Shown here piece after piece: positions 1 through 6,845 of a stretch of 64,000 bases of DNA. Position 1 is the stretch's first letter; every line of letters starts with the position of its first letter. Under the pieces are notes generated by a model that searched no databases, was not told the origin of the DNA, and was given only the letters and a program-made list of their open reading frames with translations. The stretch is taken from NCBI GenBank assembly GCA_001830425.1, contig MIAA01000014.1:13891-77890 (forward strand). Reading direction: 5' to 3'. This stretch comes from Rhodospirillales bacterium RIFCSPLOWO2_02_FULL_58_16. GTDB lineage: Bacteria; Pseudomonadota; Alphaproteobacteria; Rhodospirillales; 2-02-FULL-58-16. Both the position numbers and the translations under genes were made by a program.

Positions 1-104
1 ACCGTTATAGTCTCGCAACAAAACGATTTGAAAGACGCGGTGAAAGCATTGGCGATTGTTTCCGCCAAGTGCTCAAAATAAGATTGTCGAGAGCAAAAAC
101 GGTT

Positions 105-446
105 CTAGGAACGGGCTGGTTTGCGCTTTGCTTGCGCCAAGGTTGGTTTTGCTGACGACATTTGTTGTGTCGCGTGTTTCATTCTTAAAATCTGCACTGT
201 GCGGCCCTCGTCCGGCACACGATAAAAAACGATGTAGTTAGGATGTGCAACAAGCTCTCGGACGCCGGGCAGGCGACCGGGTCGGCCAAGCTCGGGATGC
301 CGGGTCAGCAGTTTCGTCTTGTCGCGTAGTTCCTTGCCGAAGTTCTTGGCGCGCGTCGGGTTGTCCTTGCCGATGTATTGAATGATGGAGCGTAAGTCTT
401 CGCGGGCCATAGGTCGCCATTCAACGCGGTAGGTCTTGGTTGTCAC
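105..446 (-). CDS. parE: ParE/RelE-family type II toxin
   Basis: 113-aa ORF with a RelE/ParE-like pattern (EDLRSIIQYI..., ELVAHPNYIVFYRV...VQILRMKH). It lies 35 nt downstream of a co-oriented putative antitoxin ORF. Confidence 0.8.
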   Translation of the reverse strand: MTTKTYRVEWRPMAREDLRSIIQYIGKDNPTRAKNFGKELRDKTKLLTRHPELGRPGRLPGVRELVAHPNYIVFYRVPDEGRTVQILRMKHATQQMSSAKPTLAQAKRKPARS

Positions 447-481
447 TCTTCGTTTCCATCACGCATGTGATCTGTGGTGAC

Positions 482-934
482 TCATGCGTGTTTTCTCTTG
501 GCGACCGGCAAGGCGGCAATGTCGGCGTCCATCTCGGCCATGACTTCATCATGGGGAATGTTTGACCGGGGGTCGTCGATGGATTCCTGAATCTCGGCGG
601 CCAGCCGCTTGTTATAGGCGGCGGCCTCATGCGCCTCGCGCATGGCTTGGGCGCGTTTTTGCCGGCTCCGGCTCATGTCTTTTTGGCCGGGATTCCAGTG
701 GGTTGCGTCGAGTCGGGCAACGGCGATGCCGATATTATGCAGCACGACAAGCGCGGACGTGGGATTGCCGAAGCGGCGCGGCTCAACGCTGCGTGCTTTG
801 GATAAAACGGCGTTTTGGCCGCTGCGGGTGGCGATTTCCAAAAAGAAACCGGCGCCTTCCCCTTTCAGGGTGACGCCGACAACGCCGCCGGCGCTGACAG
901 CAGCGCGTAACTGCTCCATGGTCATGCTTTGCAT
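482..934 (-). CDS. putative antitoxin for the ParE-like toxin (ParD-like C-terminus with an unrecognised N-terminal domain)
   Basis: 150-aa ORF directly upstream of the toxin. The C-terminal part (AAYNKRLAAEIQESIDDPRSNIPHDEVMAEMDADIAAL) looks ParD/RHH-antitoxin-like. I cannot assign the N-terminal ~85 aa. Confidence 0.55.
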   Translation of the reverse strand: MQSMTMEQLRAAVSAGGVVGVTLKGEGAGFFLEIATRSGQNAVLSKARSVEPRRFGNPTSALVVLHNIGIAVARLDATHWNPGQKDMSRSRQKRAQAMREAHEAAAYNKRLAAEIQESIDDPRSNIPHDEVMAEMDADIAALPVAKRKHA

Positions 935-1044
935 GGGTCGTTCCTCTATCGGTTAAGTTACAAGATGCATCATAATTGTGTATGACCTATAGAAAACATG
1001 CAAGTTTTCCATGGATTTGCTTGACCGGGGCGCAGTCCATCAAA

Positions 1045-2046
1045 TCACGCCATCCACTCCGGGAACGGCAGGTTTTTGCCGCGCAGGAAGGCCGGGTTGA
1101 ACAGCTTGCTTTGGTAGCGGTTGCCGAAGTCGCCGAGGATGGTGACGATAGTGTGGCCGGGGCCGAGGGTTTTCGCCAGCCGGATGGCTCCGGCGACGTT
1201 GACGCCGCTTGATCCTCCCAGACACAGCCCTTCGTGTTTTAACAGGTCGAAGATGATCGGCAGCGCTTCCTCGTCGGGGATTTGATAAGGCTCGTCGATT
1301 TTGAGGCCTTCCAGATTTTTGGTAATGCGGCCTTGGCCGATGCCTTCGGTAATCGACGAGCCTTCGGCCTTCAACTCGCCGTGCTTGTAGTAATGGTAGA
1401 GCGCCGCTCCCATCGGGTCGGCAAGTCCGATAACCACGTCCTTGTTGCGTTCGCGCAGAGCCATGGCGACTCCGGCCAGCGTTCCCCCGGTGCCGACGGA
1501 ACAAATAAAGCCGTCAACCGCGCCTTCGGTCTGCCTCCAGATTTCCGGGCCGGTGGTTTCGTAGTGGGCGCGGCGGTTGGCGATATTGTCGAACTGGTTG
1601 GCCCAGACGGCGCCGTTAGGTTCGCTTTTTGCCATTTCCTCGGCCAGCCGAGCGGAGTAACGCACATAGTTGTCGGGGTTCTTGTAGGGCACGGCGGGCA
1701 CCTGGCGCAGATCGGCGCCGCACAGACGCAGCATGTCCTTCTTTTCCTGACTCTGGGTATCGGGGATGACGATGACGCTGCGGTAGCCCAGCGCGTTGCC
1801 GACCAGGGCGAGGCCGATGCCGGTGTTGCCGGCGGTGCCTTCGACGATCACGCCGCCGGGCCTGAGTTCGCCGCGCTCCTCGGCGTCGCGCACGATGTAC
1901 AGGGCGGCGCGGTCCTTGACCGAACTGCCGGGATTGGCGAACTCGGCCTTGCCCAGAATGTTGCAGCCGGTAACTTCGGAAGCCCGGCGCAGACGGATCA
2001 GCGGGGTATTGCCGATGGCTTCGAGGAAACCGTCGCGGATGTCCAT
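1045..2046 (-). CDS. PLP-dependent cysteine synthase family protein (CysK/CBS-like)
   Basis: GNTPLIRL...GKAEFANPGSSVKDRAA (PLP-lysine motif) and GTAGNTGIGLA. I chose the start at MDIRDGF (ATG 2046). The ORF track extends to a TTG at 2106, adding a hydrophobic, probably spurious, extension. Confidence 0.85.
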   Translation of the reverse strand: MDIRDGFLEAIGNTPLIRLRRASEVTGCNILGKAEFANPGSSVKDRAALYIVRDAEERGELRPGGVIVEGTAGNTGIGLALVGNALGYRSVIVIPDTQSQEKKDMLRLCGADLRQVPAVPYKNPDNYVRYSARLAEEMAKSEPNGAVWANQFDNIANRRAHYETTGPEIWRQTEGAVDGFICSVGTGGTLAGVAMALRERNKDVVIGLADPMGAALYHYYKHGELKAEGSSITEGIGQGRITKNLEGLKIDEPYQIPDEEALPIIFDLLKHEGLCLGGSSGVNVAGAIRLAKTLGPGHTIVTILGDFGNRYQSKLFNPAFLRGKNLPFPEWMA

Positions 2047-2099
2047 AGGGGAGAACCTTGTGGCAAGAAAAAACGCAAGACTAACGACGGCCCCGGCCC

Positions 2100-2114
2100 C
2101 GATCAAGCATCCTT
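2100..2114. repeat. 15-bp direct repeat copy 1 (CGATCAAGCATCCTT)
   Basis: Identical 15-mer recurs at 2278..2292, which covers the nudF stop codon region. Confidence 0.8.
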
Positions 2115-2126
2115 AACCTCCCCCAA

Positions 2127-2147
2127 CCCCTCCTTGGTAAGGAGGGG
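2127..2147. repeat. GC-rich hairpin repeat CCCCTCCTT-GGTA-AGGAGGGG
   Basis: Perfect 9-bp stem with a 3-4 nt loop. The exact reverse complement of this 21-mer occurs at 37480..37500. Confidence 0.8.
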
Positions 2148-2277
2148 AGGTTGCCGCCCGCTAAACGCGAAGCAAAGATTTCAAACATGGATAGACATGT
2201 GTATTCGGGATTTTTACTTCATTTTTATCCTGTCCATCCTGTTCATCCATGTGAATAAATGAATCGCCTGTTGCCGG

Positions 2278-2292
2278 CGATCAAGCATCCTT
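2278..2292. repeat. 15-bp direct repeat copy 2 (CGATCAAGCATCCTT)
   Basis: Identical to 2100..2114. It overlaps the 3' end and stop codon of the Nudix gene. Confidence 0.8.
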
Positions 2293-2913
2293 GCGCCATT
2301 GTTTGCGGACTTTTTGGCGGTTGATCCTGAACCATTGCAGGGCGATGATGGTCATGGCGTTGCAGATTTTCCCGCTGTCCAGCCACTGGTAGGCCTCGCT
2401 CGGCGTGGCTGCTATGACCCGCAGGTTTTCGTGTTCGTCGCCCAGGCCGTGGATGCCGCCGGCGGCGGCGGCGTCTATCCGGCCGCAGAAGATGAAAACC
2501 GACTCGGAGGAGCCGCCGGGGCTGACCAGATAGCGGCAGACCGGAATGATCTCCCTGATTTCGCAGTTTGATTCTTCCATCGCCTCGCGCCGGGCGACGC
2601 CTTCGGGAGTTTCGCCGTCCTCGATGATGCCGGCGATGATTTCGATCAGCCACGGCGATCCGTCGTCGCCGAACCGGGGCGATAAAAAGGCGGCGAAGGC
2701 GCCGGGGCGGAATTGCTCGATGAACGCCAGCTTGTCGAGGTCGGGGTCATAAAGGATGGCGGCGGCGGCGTGGCCCCGCTCGAATACCTCGCGCACCATC
2801 TCGCCGCTCCACCCGCCCTCGAACAGGCGGTGCCTCAGCCGGTAGCGGTCAACGCGGAAATAGCCGGTGAAAGGGGTTTGTTTCTCAATGATTTCAACGT
2901 CGTCCATATTCAT
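2281..2913 (-). CDS. nudF: ADP-ribose pyrophosphatase (Nudix hydrolase)
   Basis: 210 aa. Nudix box GIIEDGETPEGVARREAMEESNCEI. NudF-like N-terminus (FTGYFRVDRYRLRHRLFEGGWS). Confidence 0.85.
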   Translation of the reverse strand: MNMDDVEIIEKQTPFTGYFRVDRYRLRHRLFEGGWSGEMVREVFERGHAAAAILYDPDLDKLAFIEQFRPGAFAAFLSPRFGDDGSPWLIEIIAGIIEDGETPEGVARREAMEESNCEIREIIPVCRYLVSPGGSSESVFIFCGRIDAAAAGGIHGLGDEHENLRVIAATPSEAYQWLDSGKICNAMTIIALQWFRINRQKVRKQWRKDA

Positions 2914-4178
2914 CGTTCTAATCCTAAGCCGCTGATGTCGATTTCGGGTCGCCGGCCGCTTACCAGGTCGGCCAGCACCCGGCCGGAGCCGCAGGCCAGG
3001 GTCCAGCCGAGGGCGCCGTGGCCGGTGTTGAAAAACAGGTTGGGATACTTCGCCGGTCCGATGATGGGCGCGCCGTCCGGGGTGGCGGGGCGCAGCCCGG
3101 CCCAGAACTCCGCCTGGGCGGCGTCGCCGCAGCCGGGGAACAGCTCCAGCGCCGCGTCAAGGATAGAGCGGGCGCGGGTTTTGTTGACGGATGTATCGTA
3201 ACCGGCGAACTCCGCCGTTCCCGCCGCCCGCAGACGGTCTCCGAGACGGCTGTAGACCAGTTTCAGTTCGTCATGGGTGATGCTGAGCATGGGCGCTCTG
3301 CTCCGGTCGTTAACGGGGATGGTGACCGAGTAGCCTTTGACCGGATAGACGGGAAGGCGGATGCCCAGCGGCCTGACCAACAAGGCGCCGTAGCTGCCAA
3401 TGGCCAAAACGAAGACATCGGCCCGGTACATTCCCTTGTCGGTCTCGACGCCGGAGATTCTGCCGCCGTCGGCATGGATGCGCTTTACCGTGACGCCGTG
3501 CAGGAAGTTGACGCCGAGTCCGGCGCTGATTTCGGCCAGCCTCGCCGTGAACTTGTAGGCGTCGCCGCTTTCGTCGCCGGGGATATGGATGCCGCCGGCA
3601 AGGGCGGGGGCGACGGCCAACGCCGGCTCCAACGCTACGCAGCCGGCGGCGTCCACCGGAAGGCGTTCACATCCCGCCCCGCTCATCAGTTCCGCCTGCT
3701 TCAGGGCGCGACGATATTCACGCGCCTCCCGATAGACATGCAGGATGCCGCCCGTCAGTTGATCATAGGCGATGGCGGTCTCCGCCCTCAGTTCGGCCAG
3801 CGCCTTGCGGCTGTAAAGGGCGAGGCGCAACGTGCGGGCGGCGTTGAGGCGCGTCCTGCCGGGCAGGCACTCGGCGAGAAAGCGCAGACTCCACGACCAC
3901 AGGGCCGGATCGGCGTGCAGACGGTAAAGCAGCGGCGCATCGTCCCGCCCCAGCCATTTCAGCGCCTTCAAAGGAGTCGATGGATTTGCCCAAGGCTCGT
4001 GGCCGGTCGAAATCTGGCCGCCGTTGGCGAAACTGGTTTCCAGGCCGACGCCCTCCTGACGGTCGATTACCGTGACCTGATGGCCGCGACGAGCGAGGTA
4101 ATAGGCGGCGGCGACGCCGACCACGCCGGCGCCCAGCACCAGGATTTCTATTTTATTTTTGTTCTCGGCAACAGACAT
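2910..4178 (-). CDS. dadA: D-amino-acid dehydrogenase small subunit
   Basis: 422 aa. FAD dinucleotide fold ILVLGAGVVGVAAAYYLARRGHQVTVIDR, then ETSFANGGQIS. DadA-like over the full length. Confidence 0.9.
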   Translation of the reverse strand: MSVAENKNKIEILVLGAGVVGVAAAYYLARRGHQVTVIDRQEGVGLETSFANGGQISTGHEPWANPSTPLKALKWLGRDDAPLLYRLHADPALWSWSLRFLAECLPGRTRLNAARTLRLALYSRKALAELRAETAIAYDQLTGGILHVYREAREYRRALKQAELMSGAGCERLPVDAAGCVALEPALAVAPALAGGIHIPGDESGDAYKFTARLAEISAGLGVNFLHGVTVKRIHADGGRISGVETDKGMYRADVFVLAIGSYGALLVRPLGIRLPVYPVKGYSVTIPVNDRSRAPMLSITHDELKLVYSRLGDRLRAAGTAEFAGYDTSVNKTRARSILDAALELFPGCGDAAQAEFWAGLRPATPDGAPIIGPAKYPNLFFNTGHGALGWTLACGSGRVLADLVSGRRPEIDISGLGLER

Positions 4179-4265
4179 GACAAACCATATACAAGACTAT
4201 CGGCGTAAAAACAGCTACACTGGAAGGCATGATCTTGTTTTCATGGTCGTGGAGCATAACGGGCA

Positions 4266-5000
4266 ATGGTCAAGGAAAAGAATACAGAACCCCGCGTGAG
4301 TTGCTTCACCTGCCAAATGAGGAATCATTCCGAGTGGAGCGTTTTGACTCTACGGGAGCTTGAGTTTCTCGACTCGAAGAAAGTCTGTCGACAGTACGCC
4401 CGTGGCGAGTTTGTTTTTCACGAAGGCGATCCCTGCCGGGGAATTTACTGCGTTGAGAGAGGCCTGGTGGGAATTCGCAAGGCTGACGCCGAAGGCAATT
4501 CCGTTCTGTTGGGGCAGTTGGCCGAGTCGGGCAGCACGCTCGGCTACCGACCCCTCCTTGCCGGAGAGAACCACCGGGCCGGCGCCGAGGTTCTGAAAGA
4601 AAGCACGATCTGCTTTATAGACAAATCATCGGTATGGGAGCTTATCGGCCACAATCCGAACCTGGGAGTTCAGTTCCTGCGCGTCGCCTCAAAGGCTCTC
4701 GGCGAGGCCGAGGAGGAAATCCTTAAGTTGATCACGCTCGATCTGCGCACCCGACTCGTTCACCTGCTGCTGATCTTCATCAAGCATTACGGAACGATCC
4801 TGGAAAGCGGCGCCGTGATGCTGGAGCTTCCTTTGTCGCGCCCGGATATGGCGGCGATGGTCGGCGCCCGCCCCGAATCCGTCTCACGCATTATTCGCAA
4901 AATGGAGAATGACGGCGTCGCCGTCTTTTCAGGCCGCATGGTAAACATTCCCGAGATCGAAAGGCTCCGGCGGGAAATTTGGCGCGATCACCATATTTGA
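4266..5000 (+). CDS. Crp/Fnr family transcriptional regulator
   Basis: 244 aa. It has a cNMP-binding-like beta-roll (GEFVFHEGDPCRGIYCVERG) and a C-terminal HTH (SRPDMAAMVGARPESVSRIIRKMENDG). N-terminal Cys residues are present (CFTC...). Confidence 0.85.
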   Translation: MVKEKNTEPRVSCFTCQMRNHSEWSVLTLRELEFLDSKKVCRQYARGEFVFHEGDPCRGIYCVERGLVGIRKADAEGNSVLLGQLAESGSTLGYRPLLAGENHRAGAEVLKESTICFIDKSSVWELIGHNPNLGVQFLRVASKALGEAEEEILKLITLDLRTRLVHLLLIFIKHYGTILESGAVMLELPLSRPDMAAMVGARPESVSRIIRKMENDGVAVFSGRMVNIPEIERLRREIWRDHHI

Positions 5001-5017
5001 TTCGTTATCAGCCGGGA

Positions 5018-5037
5018 GTTAATTTTCAAAAATTAAC
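5018..5037. promoter_or_regulatory. 20-bp perfect palindrome GTTAATTTT-CA-AAAATTAAC, candidate Crp/Fnr-type operator
   Basis: Seen directly. It lies between the Crp/Fnr gene and the oxidoreductase operon, about 97 bp upstream of the 5134 start. Confidence 0.45.
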
Positions 5038-5133
5038 CCAGGTCATTGTCCCGGTTCGGATAAAGCCCCAAACTCGCGAACCGGTAGTTCTGTAAGTGCA
5101 TCCGTTTAACCACTGCGAAAAGGGGGGTCCGTC

Positions 5134-5871
5134 ATGAATGGTTCCCAACTCGACCTGACCCGCAGGGATATCGTGAAGAGTCTGGGCGCGGGAGCGGTGG
5201 CGGTAGCGGCGGCTCTGCCGTCGTCCGCCGGAGCGGCGACGGCGGCCAAGTCTCCCCGTTACGGCATGGTCATCGACACCCGGCGCTGCTCCGGGTGTCA
5301 TGCCTGCTCCGTCGCCTGCAAGAGCGAGTTTAATGTCCCTCTGGGTTTAACCCGATCCTGGGTCGAATATATCGAAAAGGGCGATTTCCCCAATGTCAGC
5401 GTCAGCTTCCTGCCGCGTCTGTGCAACCAGTGTCGGCATGCGGCCTGCGCCGATGTCTGTCCTACCGGGGCGACGTACAAGCGCCAAGACGGCATCGTCG
5501 CCATCGATCCCGACATCTGCATAGGCTGCAAATACTGCCTTCAGGCCTGCCCCTATGACGCCCGTTTCATCAACCCGGTCACCGGGGCGGCGGATAAATG
5601 TGACTTCTGCCTGCACAGGATAGAGAAAGGCATTGAGCCGTCTTGCGTCAACACCTGCCCCGGCAGGGCGCGTATCTTCGGCGATCTCAACGATCCCGGC
5701 AGCGAGATATCGAAGGTGATCAGTAGAAATCCGGTGACGGTGCTGCGCAAGGGCATGGGGACGGAGCCTTTTGTTTTCTACATCGCCGCCGATCATGCCG
5801 ACGAGCATGACCGCAAGCGCGGCTGGAACATGCGCGTGACGACCCATCGTCGCCAAAAAGAGAGGAGGTAG
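5134..5871 (+). CDS. 4Fe-4S ferredoxin-type subunit of a molybdopterin oxidoreductase (PsrB/TtrB/NrfC-like), Tat-signal bearing
   Basis: 245 aa. Twin-arginine-like N-terminus (LTRRDIVKSLGAGAVAVAAA). Multiple CxxCxxCxxxCP clusters (CSGCHACSVACK, CNQCRHAACADVCP, CIGCKYCLQACP, CDFC...CVNTCP). Confidence 0.9.
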   Translation: MNGSQLDLTRRDIVKSLGAGAVAVAAALPSSAGAATAAKSPRYGMVIDTRRCSGCHACSVACKSEFNVPLGLTRSWVEYIEKGDFPNVSVSFLPRLCNQCRHAACADVCPTGATYKRQDGIVAIDPDICIGCKYCLQACPYDARFINPVTGAADKCDFCLHRIEKGIEPSCVNTCPGRARIFGDLNDPGSEISKVISRNPVTVLRKGMGTEPFVFYIAADHADEHDRKRGWNMRVTTHRRQKERR

Positions 5872-5873
5872 TC

Positions 5874-6836
5874 ATGACCGAATATCTGAATTGGGGACTA
5901 CCTATTATCGGCTATTTTTTTCTGGCGGGAACGGGGGCGGGCGCGGCGACGGTCAGCGCCTCGGTGTTGCTCCGGGGCGGCGGCGGCGGGTTCGGCGGTC
6001 AACACTTCAGGCTGGCGCGTTACGGCGCCATGATCGCGCCGCTTCCGGTAATGATCGGTTCGGCGCTGCTGATTCTGGAACTCGGGTCTTTTGAGGCGGG
6101 GAGCTACTTCAAATTTCTCTATCTTTTCTCTACCATCAACCTGTCGCCGATGTCGGTCGGCTCATGGCTGCTGATGGCGTTCATCGCCGTCAGCCTTGCC
6201 TATGCTTATACTTTCCTCGACAATGACGCCTCCCCGAATGACAGGATGGCGGGCCGGAGGAGGGCCTTGGCCTGGATTACCGTTCCCTTCGGCATTGCGG
6301 TGGCGATCTATACCGGCGTCCTGCTCGGCGCCATGCCGGCAAGGCCGTTCTGGAACTCGCCGATCATAGCCATGTTATTCATGATTTCGTCCCTATCGAC
6401 GGGCGTAGCGGCGATTCTTCTCGCCAGGGCGTTGCTCCATGCGGAGGCGCCGGCTTCCGAAGCCAAGAATATTCAGTTCGGTGGTTATCTGCTGACCGCT
6501 TCCGATCTCATGCTGATCGGGTTCGAGGCGGCGATTGTCTTCCTGTTCGTCATGTTCGGCTACCTTACGGTCGGCGATGTCGGCTACGCGGTGGACGTGA
6601 TCATGCCGGGGGGTAGTCTGGCCGCCCTGTTCTGGGTCGGTTTCGTACTTATCGGTCTGCTGCTGCCGGCGCTGGTCGAGCTGAGGTACGTTCTTCCGAA
6701 ACTTCTTTACCACAAGGATTTCTCACCGTCGCGCAGCACGGAGATGCTGGTGTCGACGGTGGTTCTGCTCGGCGGCTTCATGCTCCGCTATGTGGTGGTG
6801 ATTGCGGGTCAGATCACCGGCCCGGTTGGAATATAG
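5874..6836 (+). CDS. NrfD/PsrC-type polytopic membrane anchor subunit
   Basis: 320 aa, about 8 hydrophobic helices. It sits between the FeS and catalytic subunits, as in PsrC/TtrC. Confidence 0.8.
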   Translation: MTEYLNWGLPIIGYFFLAGTGAGAATVSASVLLRGGGGGFGGQHFRLARYGAMIAPLPVMIGSALLILELGSFEAGSYFKFLYLFSTINLSPMSVGSWLLMAFIAVSLAYAYTFLDNDASPNDRMAGRRRALAWITVPFGIAVAIYTGVLLGAMPARPFWNSPIIAMLFMISSLSTGVAAILLARALLHAEAPASEAKNIQFGGYLLTASDLMLIGFEAAIVFLFVMFGYLTVGDVGYAVDVIMPGGSLAALFWVGFVLIGLLLPALVELRYVLPKLLYHKDFSPSRSTEMLVSTVVLLGGFMLRYVVVIAGQITGPVGI

Positions 6837-6845
6837 GAGGGTGCG

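Noticed and set aside
2047-2106. TTG-initiated 20-aa hydrophobic extension of the cysteine-synthase-like ORF
   Set aside because: It overlaps the duplicated 15-mer. The conserved family N-terminus starts at MDIRDGF, and TTG is a weak start.
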